A DNA stretch of 64,000 nucleotides from Eledone cirrhosa (lineage: Eukaryota), in the NCBI GenBank assembly GCA_964016885.1, contig OZ024742.1, forward strand, positions 303,552,001 through 303,616,000, given 5' to 3'. Positions 43,881 through 59,372 of the stretch are shown piece by piece; within the stretch, counting starts at the first letter, position 1; each line of letters begins with the position of its first letter. A model generated the notes under the pieces. That model saw nothing but the letters and a program-made list of their open reading frames with translations. It had not been told where the DNA came from and made no database searches. The position numbers and the translations under genes are program-made.

Positions 43881-45132
43881 TAATAATACTCTAAAAGTAT
43901 CATTTTAATACTTTAGTAAAATCCTCCTTAACATATGAAAATGCCTATCATTTTCTCCTACATACGAATGGATATATTTGTCGAAGATTGTCACAGTGGA
44001 TTTGTGACGAGTATGAATGGGGCAGAAGGTTCACGTATTTATCCTGAACGAAAATGCTTCAGGCTATGAAGAAATCTTTTTTTTTGGTAGACTTTATGAA
44101 ATGAAAAAAAAAGAATAGTAATAATAATTAAAGTGTGTCTCTTGTACTAGAGTTTAAGCAAACAGAATTATATCTACAGGGTTTATACATCAAATTATGT
44201 AAATATTTAAAATTAATTGATAACGATAATTATAATTGCAATAATGTTACAAAGATTTAATATATTGTGAAATACGTCATGTTCTTATACGGAATGATCA
44301 CTATACAGTAACCATCGTTCATTTACATTTTCCAAGTATAAATGTATATTTACAAAAGCAAATTATTTCAACAATATTGTCAATGTTCGTATTATTGAAG
44401 TATATTATAACTTAAATGATTTTTTTTTTGTATTAAATTACACAGCATCAGATGGATACACTGTGAAATAATATATAAATATCTACCTTATTTGAATAAT
44501 GCTTATCTATGTAAATATAATTGCACATGAATACGAGATAGTGAAGCAAATTACTCAGGGAAAGTTTGTTAATTTTCTGATTCAAGTTATCATATTAACC
44601 TTGGTCTTCGTGTATAAATATCTGAACTTTTCGAATTGTGAGTGTATCCATTGTGCATTATGTTATGTGAAGGTACACTATATCGATGATAGGAAATGTT
44701 TTATTCAATATGGCTATAACTATGAATAAATATTACATCATATCGAAATTTGTGGAAATTCAATTTCAATGTAATTTCCATTATTTACTATTGTGTCTAA
44801 ATTCGGAATAGACTATGTTTTCTTTAGAAATTAGAATGTCATAATTTTATTTCGATATTGTACTTCAAAAGGTTTCAACAACAAGGCGAAATACCATTTA
44901 AACATACATATAGTTTCACGTATAGGATGTTAGTACAATTATGATGTTACGTGTACCTCACTTAAAAGACAAAAACGGGTCTGCATTTCTAATTAGTATT
45001 CCCTAAAATAGCCAGTTAAATATGTGTTATCAATACAAAAATATGCAAACCTGAACATATGCACACATAAACATAATCACAACAAATGCAACACATAAAT
45101 CCATATATACTGGTATTATTTTATTAATATGC

Positions 45133-45280
45133 TTTCTAGCATAGTTACGTCCCTTTACAGTCTGAGTTCAAATCCCGCCGAGGTTAACTTTGCCTTTCAT
45201 CCTTACGGGGTCGATAAAATAAAGTACCAGTAATGTACTGGGTAATTGCTGGCCTTGTGCCTAAAGTAGAAACAATTATT
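45133..45280 (+). mobile_element. SINE (Deu/Nin-like family), 5'-truncated
   Basis: ctgagttcaaatcccgccgaggttaactttgcctttcatccttacggggtcgataaa... Confidence 0.8.
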
Positions 45281-47661
45281 TTATTAAGATAAACATCTCC
45301 ACTAAGCGTAAAACAAACAATATTCTGAAAACGAAGCACAGCACACACTATGCAATACGACAAATATGGTAGCCACGCTATACCATGAAATATAATACCA
45401 TATATATATATCAAATTAACAAACGGAGTTAAAAACTCGCGTTAATCCGCTGTAATTTAATGAGCTCAAGGACAGAAACCGGACTCTTTATAATACAGCA
45501 TACATAGAAGAAAACACAAATAGGTATGTGTTCAATTATAGAGGATAGAAAACCACTAGAGTGAAAAACATAAAGTCTACGAAAGGAATGGAAAATACAT
45601 ATTTAAAAGAATAAATCAAAATGCTCAAACCAACCTTTTATAACTATAATCACCTGGACAAACTCTAATAAGAGAATGTTTTTCCCTATATAATATGCGC
45701 GTCACTTATTTTTAAAAGACATGAACGCTGTTTGGATACCTGATATTTAAAGATGAATTATTTAGTATAGCAACTTACTGGTAAAATTCACACTGTAAGG
45801 AAAGCATATCATACGAGAGGCAGAAAGGAAAGTAAGCCGAAAGCAGGATAAATAGGCATGTTTAGAATTTGATACCTAGCTTGTAAAGTAATTAACTTTC
45901 AAAGTGTTTCAAATAAGTAAGAAATAAATATTAGATTTAGCCGTCTATTTGATATATCCGTAAACTGTTTAAACTACATCATTAGATGGATAAGAATTTG
46001 AGAATATAAAACGGATTTAGGTAAGTAGTTTAACTACAAATAAAGACGTCAAACAGATCAGAAGTTTGATAAATGTTATGGCTTTGATTTGTATGTGTGA
46101 AATGATCCATAGTACTTCGGCGATTAATGAATATTTTTATAGTAATTCCATGTGAAGTTGAATTAGGAGTCAGAATATGTGGGACTATCAAAGGTTGTTT
46201 GCTGAAGAGGATGAGAGGTCCAAACTCGGGCTCAAAATCTAAACTGTTTAATGCATTTCGCAGTGCATTTTTGAAACTTTTATCAGATACAACGCATGCC
46301 CTGCATATATATGTGCCGGCAAACAAGAGGTGTAGGTTCAACCCCGCACGCATGCATGCTGATATGTATTTTCTCCGTTCTAGGGGCTCGTATCCTCTGT
46401 TCACACGGCGTTATCTTCTAAACACACATACAGATACACATATATATGCGTGTGTGTATGTGTGTGTATGTGTGTGTATGTATGTGTATGTGTCTGTTTA
46501 GAGAGCGGGGGAAAAGAAGAAAAGGGGTTGATGGTTGATGGTCTTTATGGAAAGATGAATAATTATAAATACTTTGAGAATTGTATTTGTCAAATGATAG
46601 ATTGAACTGCTGTTAGACAGATATAATGCATTGAAACATTGAATTATAGACATGAATACACCAAAAGAGAGTCCACAAATAAAAGGAAAGTGCAGCAGTT
46701 AAAATCATTACCAAATTGAACGAGCAGTCCTAGAAACTAACATTGATCCATTTGTAACGGGCGTTTTTAATCCTAGCTGAATCCTTTTGAAGAAAAAGTG
46801 CTTTTTGCTGAAACACAAGATGTTAGATCGATTCCTGGGGAATAATAAAAAAAAAATAACAAAAGAGAATTTCCACAAGTTAAAAATAACAATCGATAAA
46901 ACATAAGAGGTTTTTTTTTAACAGACCATAACACAGATAAAAATATTCAATTATATAAATAAAAATTAACAGAATATTATCAAAGAACACGTTTTTTTTA
47001 TTGCGGAACGAGGATTTAAAAAAAGTTAAAGTGTCAATGATGAAGGAGCCTCAGTTGATAGTGATCTTCAAATGATTTTCGTTTCTTTGATCATTTTTCT
47101 TTCATAAAAAAAAAATCCCATCACTAACTGATAAAACGTCCAACCATCAAGATTTTGGTTTCAGTAAACACAGCGTTGCTGTAGCAATAAAACGTTGCTG
47201 TGATAGCATTAACATATTTTTTGTAGCATTTCTGTATTTGTATATGTGATATTTGCTACAATTACGTTTAATTACGTAGTGTCATTCATGGAAGAAATGT
47301 GATTGTAGAAAAAAAAAGGAGAATAATACAGTTACTGCTATAGATACACAGACCCTCTTTTGCGGATAACATGATCGATACATCTGACATCACAGATTTT
47401 AAATTTTAGACCTGATTTAAGTATCTCGACATTGCTGTGGTGACAACACAAGCTTTAATGTTTTATAAAACTGATTATGGGACCTTACAAAGGTGTTGTG
47501 ATATATTCGTAGCTAATGTTGCAACAGGACTGTTGCAAGAATATTACATTTTCTCAGGGACACACGCGAATACAGAATCATATGCATACAATATACACAT
47601 AGCTACGCAGTCACTTGATTGCACACATTCGTTTCGTGTGTGTGTATGTGTATGTATGTAT

Positions 47662-47692
<31 letters not shown>

Positions 47693-48352
47693 GTGCGCGC
47701 GCGCGTGTGTGTGTGCTTGTTCTTATTAAGTTCTAGATTTTTTAAATTATTGCTAAAAAATATGGCTGGAGTCTAAAAAAAATATAAAATGTTTTAATTA
47801 TTGAAACAATAGAAAACCCTACAGGTAAATCCTTGAAGAAAACTAACATATATTCACTTTTCCAACAATAGAGTAAAATTGAAATGGTTCCGGTATTTCC
47901 TTAAACACTCCCAAATCTGGTCAAACAGATCCAGACGATAGCTCAAGAATCACATGAAATATTATTAGAATTAGCATGCATTTTGAGTAGTTCACTACTG
48001 TGTAGCAAGATGATTCTTTTCTGATGTTTGAGCATTGGGTGTGTTTGTGCTTTCTGTTGTTATTAAACATAGGTTGTCTACGTGATACAAAACAACATTC
48101 ATAGGATTAAGTTTAATAATCTTCCTAATCATTCACTTTTGTGATAGAATATGTCGATATTGATACATCTGTATACGGTTTTCCTTAATAATAAGATGTG
48201 CAAAGGTCTTAATCTCAAAGGATCAGGCTAGTTAAATTTATTAGATATGAAAATATGTCTTGCAAAGCAACAATTGCCTAACCTATCGTTGCCCAAATCA
48301 CTAATATATATATATTAATGAAAACGATGAAGTTTAACTGATTCACATATAC

Positions 48353-48400
<48 letters not shown>

Positions 48401-48405
<5 letters not shown>

Positions 48406-49135
48406 ATACTTTGGGAGGGATATGTTGCCAATAAGAAACACACGCACCAGTTGCTTTCACTCCAATTTATTATAAATTAAATTTATAAATTTAAGAATTT
48501 ATAAATTTCCGAACGGTTGTTCATATATTGTCAAAGTTCTTTCGTCATCACATTCTGTGACCTCTTCAGTGACTGGGGATTCTTCTCTTTGTTTTGTGCC
48601 TCTCCTTTGTTCTGTCCTACGCCATTTTGTTTTTGTGTGTGTTGTGTGTTTCGTTTGCGCATGTGTTACATCCGGGTGTCTGTGTTTGTTTTTATTTGTT
48701 TATTTATTTGTTTATTTACATGTTACTGGTTGGTTGTTTGTTCTATGTATGTGTGTGTTTTCATTTTGTCCTTAATTGTAAGTTGTGATGCTGCTATTCC
48801 ATTCATGTTTTCTATTTAATTTTGGTTGGAGTTCATTTATGTTTATTGCTTCTCTGATTTGTCTAAACATTGCGTCTTTTCTGTGTGTAGATTTTATTTT
48901 TATTTCTATGTTCTCTAATTTGCTCTTGTGTTCTATTTTAGCATGTTAGTGGAGTACTGATGAATCTTTTCTATCTTGTAGCTCTCGCCAGTGTTCATTT
49001 AATCGTTCTCCTATAGTACGGGCTGTCTCACCTATGTACACTTTATTCTTATCTTTACATTGTCATTCAGTACATCTTATGCTATATACTATGTTTCTAG
49101 TTTTACAGTTAATATGGGGGTTTAGTTTACAATAT
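48401..49135 (-). mobile_element. Second Penelope-like 3' fragment, same family as 42353-43822
   Basis: Minus translation CKTRNIVYSIRCTE*QC..NKVYIGETARTIGERLNEH; tacatcttatgctata.acta.gtttctagttttacagt shared with ~43110-43147; same ttgttatactt.ggg terminus at (TA)n. Confidence 0.85.
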
Positions 49136-52016
49136 AGGTTTCAACACACGTTCTCAGATAAAGAATCTTGCTAAACAAGTTCAGAAACGAAATATATATA
49201 TATTAATAAAAACAATGAAGCTTCACTGAATCACATACACTATATATATATATATGATTTCAATTTGTAGGCAGTGGTATGTTCAAAACAAATTATGTGC
49301 TTTTCCAGTAGGAGGTAATAGTAGCATTTTTATCCTTTATTTGAAACTAAGAAGTTAGACGGAGTATTGATATATACGATTTCGTTTGATTTTTAATCTT
49401 ATCTTTCAACTGTTGGAGCGCGTGCTTTTTTCTGGTTTCCCTAATGGGAGAGCAACCATAATAGCGCACAATGTTCAAGGAATGTGGCTAATCATATTAA
49501 CACTAGTCTTTTGTGCCATGCTTTCTACGTGCGACAAAAAATGAACATGTCATATTTGAAACATATTCAACAGATGTGCATTTAATCAGGACTAGGCACT
49601 TGCTAACGATAAAGATGTTCTTCTCTAGCTAGCGATTGTGTCAACATGTGGTCATTTTACCTATTTTAAATAGCAGCTAAACCCCATCTCTACATCTCAC
49701 AATCTAATAAAGAAAAGGACACATTAGACAACGTAATCATTAATAATTTACGTCTCAAGAAAAGATAGGATGGTAACACATGAACATTTTGGTTCATAGT
49801 AATGGTCAATTAGAACAATTCTAGAGCAAATTAACATGAGGACGAAGCATGCGTTTTCGTTCAGTGACCCAAACAAAAGTAGAGAATGAAAAATGAAATA
49901 TTTTTAATACATTTGGTGTATTTGTACAAGAATGGTAGTAGCAACGAGAATCTGATATTTCAAGATATAAACAAAGGGATTGTACATTGTAAATTGTGTT
50001 TCTAGAACTTCAGAATCTATGAGGAAAAGCAACAAAAGCAGATAAAATAGTTGAATAAAAATGAAATATTCAAATAGGCTTATATTTAAATGAAAGTAAA
50101 AAGAAAAAAAGGTGTATAATTTAGATGGAAAACGCAAAACATTTTATTGAAAAGATGTGAATAGATTCCATAAATATTTTTTCGGCAAAGAAATAAGGAG
50201 TGTAGAACCTTAATAGAAGGTAAATTTGAAGGCAATCATGAGAATAAGAAAAAGTAATAATTGAAGAGTGTAAAAAGCTATTAGGGTACAAAGTTATATA
50301 AATACATTGATCAAGTTAAGACTTATAAATTGTGTAATAGAGACAACGAGATAGTTTTTTTAAAGAGATGGAATGAAATAAGGGGAAGGGAAACGAGGTA
50401 TATGTTAATATTAGCCAAAAAGTGGAAATTAGGAGGATAGAGAATTAAATAATTTCATTGAGAGAGAGGGGTGAGAGAAAGGGAGTTGGAATGAGAGAGA
50501 AAGCTAATCAGAAAGAAAGAAAATAAGAAAGTGGAGAGCGACTCGGATGGAGGAATGCATATAGAGAGGAAGACATTCATACAGAGAGCTTTTAGTGAAT
50601 TAAGTTAGAATAATCAAGCGTTTCCCTGTTTCTAGAAGTAGAACCAACGTCAATTTTGGAAATAATGAAATAAAAATTCTCAAGAGAAATATCAGATGGT
50701 GTTTTGGGACAAACTGAAATCATGTTCGTGGATTATCTACTTGGCGCATCTGTAATGGATAAAAATTAGATAAAGTTTGGAAGAATTCTTACAAGTTCAG
50801 AGGAAACAACGCCACAATGTCTGACAGACTCGTTCTTGTAACAGAAAGCAATATGAACGATTTTCTTAGGTAGTGAGATGACGTTTCTATGTTAATCTCC
50901 TGTGAGTCTGATGTCAGCATTATCCAACGACTGTCGATTATTTTAACAGGCAGTATATTACATTATTTTTTTTCCTTTTGATTAGTAAAAATGCAATGTT
51001 GTTTTGGCATCTATATTCCGTCTCTCTTTATCCCACATTGATAGTTTTTATGATATACGGTTTCTTCTTTTTATTTATTTTTCCTCTCTCTCAAATGTTC
51101 TTTGATATATTCTATATTCATGTTTTTTTTATCGTTGTGTAAATGTTGTTACATTCTTCATACGTCAATTGCTTCATATATGTTTTAAAGACGCCATATA
51201 CGCCTTCAAGCCAAATATCAGAAAATAGACATTAGATTGTACACGAACCAATCTCGAAGGAGGCATGAATCCTACAAATTTTAGACGAAATAATATTTAG
51301 GAATAGCAATATTGAAGCAGTTATTTAGTAAATTAGTAATATAATTAATTACATACTTGGAGACCAGTTCATGAGTGTGAGATCTATATTTCCAATCTAA
51401 AATATGATTTGTCCTCTCAATTAAATAGACATTTCTATGCAAAGCAGAAGCATTATTCATTTTTACTATGATGGTAGAATTGAGTGTGAAGCATACACGT
51501 AAACATACAATCAGAAGACACACCCACACATGAATTGATACAGACCTTCAGTCTCAACAACGAATGCTCCCGATTTTCAACCAAGTAGACAGCTTTCTCT
51601 TGAAATTAACTGCCCGTCACTGATCATTGCAAAGACCTATGTATCATTACTATATTTTTTTGTCGATCCGACAGGCTTCCATGAAGATTTTGTCGATTCG
51701 ATACCAATCACAAGACTTGGGTCACCTGGGACTCTAGAAAACGAAACTGACCCCAAATGACATGAAGTCGGTCAAGCTGTATCCGCAGAAAGGGCAAATA
51801 CATATGCACATATACGGTATTGTGATTGGATTGGTGCGAAACACCCAATTATCAAAGTGTGTCTACGCTATAAATGTAGACACTGCATCCAATAAGACAA
51901 GGTGTATCGACACAGCTATGTATGTATGTATGTATGTATGTATGTATGTATGTATGTATGTATGTATGTATGTATGTATGTATGTATGTATGTATGTATG
52001 TATGTATGTATGTATG

Positions 52017-52545
52017 TCGGGTCACTCTTGAGTGCTACTGGTAACATGTAACCCAGTACAACCATGGTCGGGTCGTCGGCGACTAAACCGGCAACCCCAC
52101 TAAGTTTACTTGGTGAGGAGGATTATTTTGGACACCCTGCAGGACAAAAAACAAAACCTGACAAAGGGCGGAAGAACTCATAAGAGTCAACGACCATCTG
52201 AAAGTGTGTAAATATGTATATACACATGTACCACGCGGTTAAACCACTGGGGGTGAAGGAGCCCTAGCCTTTGTCAGGACATTCTTCTAGGAGAAGGAAC
52301 CTCAGGAAACTGGGATAACTCCGATATAAAACCGGCGGCTCAGTAGTTACCGGTGATGTTAATATTTTCTTCTTTTCAAGTTATAGCTACTGTCGCTCAG
52401 AGAGTGGGATTGGCTCAGTGCACGGTCTTTCCTCACTTTAAAAAATATCTTCACGCACAGGCATTGCACGATAGAATTAGTTAATAATTATTAATAATGG
52501 TATATCGTGCAATGGCCATACTCGATAACGAGGGGGCAGCCATCA
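52017..52545 (+). mobile_element. Non-coding insertion inside (ATGT)n, resembling an RTE 5'UTR-derived non-autonomous element
   Basis: GC-richer 530 bp bounded by (ATGT)n on both sides; contains ctaggagaagga..ctc...ataaaacc, similar to an RTE 5'UTR motif (from recall). Confidence 0.45.
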
Positions 52546-52627
52546 TGTATGTATGTATGTATGTATGTATGTATGTATGTATGTATGTATGTATGTATGT
52601 ATGTATGTATGTATGTATGTGTGTATG

Positions 52628-52905
52628 TATGTTCTTCTGGTTTTATAATTTCACGAATTTTTGCCAATAGAGAGAGAGAGTCGGTTTCTAATATAGATAC
52701 AAGGCTCTCTCATTGGAATTTACACATCAAATAGGTAGATATGTATGCATGTCTGCATGCATTCATATATGTGCAGGTATGGATGTTATTGTATGTTTGG
52801 ATGTGTATGTTTTGAGTTGTATATATGCATGTGCATATACTTTGTATCTGTACAAGTGTAAATGCAGTTAATAGATGCAGATTTCTTCGAATGTTTTACA
52901 TACTT
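52628..52905. repeat. Interspersed repeat, copy of ~9280-9545
   Basis: Direct sequence match. Confidence 0.8.
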
Positions 52906-54053
52906 TTTTTTATGTATAGTCACTCAGTTGCATGCCAAATATTTGAGTGGACATCGTTATAGAGATCGTGTGGTGATTAAAGTTAAAATTGGTCTGTAAG
53001 TATTTTAAACTCAGGTATCAATGTAGACACAAAATAACAGAAGATATTTTCAACTATGCTTTACAAATTCAGTCATCATTCGAGGAAACACTTCCTCCAT
53101 TCTGTCCTCCGCTGTGATCATGTGATTGCTTTTCACCAGGTTTCTGCACCTAAGGGTACGATCTCCCACATTTTCCCAGCTATTATCATAGGAGTGACGA
53201 CCGCTTAAGAATTCTTTCTTATTTTATAATTTATTCTCTATAACTTATGTAGGACTAGCAGTTTTTTGGGGGAGGTAGAGGAACGTTGATTAAATCGACA
53301 CCAGTTCATGACTGGTACTTCATTTTACGCTGGTAACCTTCGTTCAATTAAAAATGCATTTTCCAAGTGGGAATATAACAAGATAGTTATATTAACATAC
53401 TAGCGGTAAAAAAGTTAAAGTTTACGTTTTATAGTGAATTGTGTGTGTGATCGTACATAGCCAATATATTCAATATTTCAGTCTTTCAAATGGGACCTGA
53501 CTAAAATAAAGGCGAGGAAGAGGGCACTGTTCCAAGATAATACAGTAGCCACCAGATATATCCTTTATTATTGTGTGCTGCTGAAAACATCTCCTGAAAT
53601 TCATTACCATATTCTGAAAGATGATATTTCTAAGGGATCGGTTTTCTGGCCTTTTATATTCCTTTAGAAAATATTGAATAATTTACAGATATCTAATATG
53701 AACATTGTTTTTTATAGCAGTTTTATTTACGTTTTCAAATAATATATTTCAGGACTTGACGTACTGTTTTGAAATTGAAATGAGTTTAATTACATTGCTA
53801 GGGTTCCAATAAAAATTCATTTAGGTAAAATACTAATGAAAATTACCTGAGGCTAAACATTTCATCGCCAGGGAATCTGCTGTTTAATTATGGAAATATT
53901 TTTCAATTTCATGGCATTAATATTTTACGAATAACCGTAATAAAGTCATTTTTAATTATTCCCAATATTATCAATAAAATAAATTAGAAAAGAAAGTTAT
54001 TACTCAAATATATATGCGTGATTTCAATATCTTAACGTAGATATTAATTGGAC

Positions 54054-54085
<32 letters not shown>

Positions 54086-55610
54086 TGTATGTATATGCTC
54101 ATATTTATATATGATATATAAGTACAGTGCACATATACAGCTATCCACCTATACCTCTGTCCATGTATATATATATACGTATGTGTGTATGTGTGTATGT
54201 GTGTGTGTGGAGAGAGAGGGAGAGAGAGGGAGAGAGAGAGGCAAATAGATAGACGGAGTTAATGATGAGTAAGTATTACTAATACGAAAAGATTCTTAGT
54301 TTGATTCGTGATGTGGAAATGAATATATACATAAATATATAATATCCTCATATCCCAGGAATATCATTCTGGAAACCAGTAGTTTACAGAACATTGTGAA
54401 CACACAAAGCCATTGTCAGCGTGCTTCTGTACATATATATGTGTGCCAGATAAAAACTGTATAGTATATATAGTTATTTCAATATGCGTTGACTTTATTT
54501 TGAAATGCCCTTTGGTATTAACTTTATTTATATATTTGTTTTCAACATTATTGAGCTCCGTCGCATATCGATCCGCAAGAAAGCAGTATTATCTATATAC
54601 CTGACCTAACAATATGATCTCGTTTGACAGAACAGTCCGGATTATTGAGTTAATAGTTGCTAAGTAATGCATATATGGACTGGGTGCCTATATGATAGAT
54701 CTGAAAAGAAATATGCAAATTATAATAACGGAGGTATACAGTGCTTCCAGCTGAGCTGGGATATCGTGTATTAATCGATCGTTGTATTCTATGTGGTCGG
54801 TATTGAATTTCGAATGGAAAATTGAAAAGATAATTATTCATTACTGATAAGCCCAAAGTTACCTAAGAGGAAAGAATGGCGAGAGAAAAATGGATTTCTT
54901 TTGTAGCATCAATAAAACCTTGTCCTGCCTGGCCTACCGCAGTAAAGAATTAATTTCAAACATTTCCTATTTAGGCACCAGCAGATATATTTTGTTGGAC
55001 GGAATAATCGATTATGTAGATCACATAGTACAACATATTTATCCGTGTACCTGTATGGAGATAATCATGAAATAATTTCAATAATAATTTAATCTGGTGC
55101 TCAAGAAGAAGACCTTGAGAGAGTATGTATTTGACCAAATTGTCCCAAACTATTTCTTTTTAAGAGGAATTTACAATCTGTTATACTCTTCGTACACAGA
55201 AGTTTAAAACTTATAATTTACAAAAGGAATACTTACTAAGATTAATCAATATTAACTGTATTGAGCATTAGAGAGAAGAATGCATAAGATATGGACTGTG
55301 TGCTTCACAACCAGAAACAAGATAATTTTCATTAATTCCTAATAATAACGCTTTTTAAAATATATTTAACGCTTAAAGTATTCATCTGAATAACTTCAAA
55401 TTACACCCAGAGGTTGACTCTGATTGAAAGCTAACAGCATCTTATTACAGACTATTACCTGTTTTTATATCAACAATATGTGATTTGAGGGGTTTACTTA
55501 CTGCTATTTACAGCAGGTCTAGCGATCATGAAGATGTTTCTTATTGGCTTAGATAATTTAGATATATACCCTATTGTGAAAACCATAAAATCAAGTTGTG
55601 GAAGCATCAA

Positions 55611-55770
55611 GGCCTTATGGTTAAAAAAGTAGCTTCATATTCATTGCGTTTCGGGTTCCATCACTCGCTGTGACCTCTTGGCAATTGTCATTTACCATAG
55701 CCTTTGATTAACACATGCATTGTGAATTAATTCGGGCAGACGAAGACTGTTTAGAAGCCCTTCGGATGGA
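55611..55770 (+). mobile_element. Old degenerate tRNA-derived SINE
   Basis: ggccttatggttaa (A box), gggttccatc (B box), CORE-like cttggcaattgtc; likely minus-strand relative near 51670-51760. Confidence 0.45.
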
Positions 55771-56406
55771 TTATATCTGTATTTCAAACGGCCCACATTG
55801 TTACACGCTGGGTTACGCTGAATCTTATTGAGAATATCTTTAAGGCGACAGGTGTCTGTGCTATTATCAGCCAATTGTAGGTTAATTTCATTAGCAGGCT
55901 GTCCCGATTTTTTAACAAAAGGACGATTCATTGCCGAAACAAACGTAATTACATCGATCATCTCGTTGAGAGTTCAATAGTTATGTTTCAAATATGAAAC
56001 TAAAATAAAATGTTTCCATTTTGTTAAATGGAAAATTCATAAATAAAACTCTCGCATCATACTACATTAATATGTAAGAAATTCAGTTGGTAAGTAGTTT
56101 TACTGTTATCTAGCAGTCAGGTGTCTCGGAAATCTCATTATTGAGTGATGACTTCACTTCTTCTTTATCTTGTGACACAGTTGCATCACTGTACATGGTA
56201 GAATGTTACTCTCATTGAATAAAGTAAAGCTTTTACTTTAGTTTGTGTGCCTAGGCGAAATAAAATCACGTTTTAAGTTCAACAAAGCATGTCTTTGAAA
56301 GATCAGTAACTGCACAAAAGAAAAATAAATAACTGCACAGCTTCTCAAACATGACGTATACATACGTGGATATATGCACATATGTACAGATTCGTACATG
56401 CACACT

Positions 56407-56437
<31 letters not shown>

Positions 56438-56440
<3 letters not shown>

Positions 56441-56628
56441 AAAATGTTTAACCGCGACGGCAGAACTCAAGCCGTTTTGACGACTATTTCTGGACTGAAA
56501 TAGCCGTCGAAACGGCTTCAGCTCTGCCGTAGGGGTTAAACATTTTCCTATTACCCACTCTACTAAGTTAAGTATTGGGTACTCTGGTGTGTTATGGTCC
56601 ATCTGGTTCCTTACCACACTTCCTTCGT
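56438..56628 (+). mobile_element. pLTR-like element, family copy 3, with ~53-bp fold-back arms
   Basis: 56438-56491 is the reverse complement of 56498-56549; GAAA-cggc..gccg-TA; shared tail; (TA)n on both sides. Confidence 0.75.
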
Positions 56629-56644
56629 TATATATATATATATT

Positions 56645-56806
56645 AATAATAATAAATGTGAAGACTAAAATCCGAAGAGGGCTTGATAAGAATAAAATAT
56701 ATATCCAAATATATAACACCATAGAGCAAATATTTATTAAAATAACAGATTAAAGTTTAAGCAAAGAATCCACTTTGCTCAAACTTTAATCTGTTATTTT
56801 AATTAA
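56645..56806 (-). mobile_element. Copy of the 41030-41187 family with a terminal fold-back
   Basis: Arms ~56735-56766 and 56773-56805. Confidence 0.7.
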
Positions 56807-56823
56807 TATATATATTATATATA

Positions 56824-56949
<126 letters not shown>

Positions 56950-57522
56950 CATACCGAAAATTACGAAGGTCCATTATATTCTTATTCCGTACATATATAT
57001 GCGTACATATACATGGGTATGTGTGATTATATTTGCGTGTATATGCATGTGTAATTGTATGCGTCCACTTAGATATGTAATATATTCAATAAATGTCCTA
57101 ACAGGAAACTAATACAAATCCAATATAATATAAGAAGTAATATATATACGTGAGTTGTAAATTGACTAAATTTAAATCTATGAAAAAATAAAAAAATATC
57201 CTATAATTCTAACTACAAAAATAAAATAAATTCAGACGTGCTTATCTAGATAGGAAATTTATTTGCATTCGCAATACCTGGCTAACTCCAACGAATCTTA
57301 TATGTAGTAATTTTACATAATTATAAGTTCAATGTGATTTTATATATATGTATACGTATATATATATATACATATATATATATATGTATATATGTATGTA
57401 TGTATGTATATATGTATGTATGTATATATGTTTTAAAAGAATTAAATCAAAGATGCACATCCGGTTAAATTTCGCGAGACGAAATTCTGGCCAAAGGTTT
57501 CCGCCTGTTGAGGTGTGAAACG

Positions 57523-57561
<39 letters not shown>

Positions 57562-58139
57562 TATATTTATATATATTCATACATACACAGATTTGGAGTA
57601 TAGGTATGTCAATACCTATATGTGTGCGTGTAAGGTGTGTTTGTAAGTAGGTATGCATAGGAACACAAATATATATATGTGCGTCTGTGTGTTAGTGTGT
57701 ATATGTAGAGTTATTCGTGTGCTTCAGTAATTCTCCGCATATTTATATCTAATAGGTATTGATAGATGCCTGATATAATGTTTGTAAACAATTGAAATAT
57801 AAATATTTAATGGAAGATATATTGCCAGAAAAATCGACCGTTGTTTTAATTTTAGCGTAAAATTAAAATCTGACTAATTACTCATGAGGATACATATAAT
57901 GCTTTACCTAATGAAAATCAAATAACTTCAAATGATCTCTCTTTTATTTGTTAAACTTCTTTCGTGATAGCATTCACTGAATTGTGCAATAAAATATGAA
58001 TGTACACGCTTCCATGCTTATATACACACACATACGCACACATACGCACACATACGCACACCAATGCACGTAAACTTATACACACACACATTTCTATATA
58101 TCATCACACATGGACGTGTGTATAAATATATATCGTCAT

Positions 58140-58187
<48 letters not shown>

Positions 58188-58212
58188 CTGTGTGAGTTTG
58201 TTTGTGTATTTA

Positions 58213-58263
<51 letters not shown>

Positions 58264-58415
58264 CTGTGTGTGTATTTATATATGTATATATATATATGTA
58301 TATATATATATACATATATACACACACAGACACACACACAGACACACATATGTATATAGATATACATATATATATATATGTATATTTATATATGTATATA
58401 TATGTATGTTGTATA

Positions 58416-58479
<64 letters not shown>

Positions 58480-58821
58480 TGTATGTATATATAAGTATGT
58501 ATACGCATATATATTTATATATGCATATATATATATGTGTGTGTATACATATATAAATATTAAATATTCATGTACACATTCACACACACAAACAAACACA
58601 CACAAAGACACAGATACACACTCATGCAAACTATCAATTCCGAAGATAAACTTAATCATTGAATCATGTACGTAAAGTATTCTCATTAAAACGATGTTGT
58701 TTATTAAAATTCATGTTGTTTATTTCAGACACTAAACCGAAGAGGATATAGTGATTGAGTGAAGGAAACTATCACTTAGTCACCATCTACATTCACATCA
58801 ATAATAAAGATTACATTAACA

Positions 58822-59280
58822 GTAATAATAATAATAAAGTTTGTTTTCATTAACCACAAGGGTTTTACAAAAGGAAAACACAGAAAGGCGCAAGATGGTT
58901 TTAGTGCCCTTTTTGTGTGTGTGTTTAAAAGCGGTGATAAGATAAAACAAGAACAGTAATAGCAAATTCAAGCAAAATGAGATTCCCTAAAAGTGAGAAG
59001 ACTTCTGAGGGTCACTCGTGAAAACAGCTCACCAAAATCCTCATTTACCCTGATGCCTATAGCAAGTACCATCTATCACTTCTCCTCCACCAATCTATAG
59101 GTGCGCACTCAGAGCAGGTCCACACACTCGGTCCAGGCTCACTACTTTCTCCTGCTTTTCAACCAAATGGTTAGCAGGTAGCACTTCTCTCTCAACACTG
59201 ATTTTTCTCGTCAAGTGAAACCTGGAACCGTTTGCCTGGAAAGTGTTTGCCTTCAACGCTTTCAAATATGTCCGGCATAG
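58822..59280 (-). mobile_element. Degenerate LINE 3' end (L1/Tx1-like), (TTA)n tail
   Basis: LKALKANTF...FHLTRKISVEREVL...ALSAHL* followed by a UTR and tail; resembles the 30426-30749 peptide. Confidence 0.5.
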
Positions 59281-59372
59281 AATATATATATATATATATA
59301 TATATCCAAACTGAACCTGAACGGATATGGTCTGGTTTCTTGGGTATGTCACCATTTATAAAACAAATTTTG

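Noticed and set aside
48305-49245. ~50-bp direct repeats flanking the second PLE fragment as a possible target-site duplication
   Set aside because: Too diverged and AT-rich, and separated from the element ends; cannot be distinguished from independent small repeats
54866-55050. Minus-strand segment with plausible AG acceptor and GT donor
   Set aside because: All three frames contain stops; no support for a coding exon
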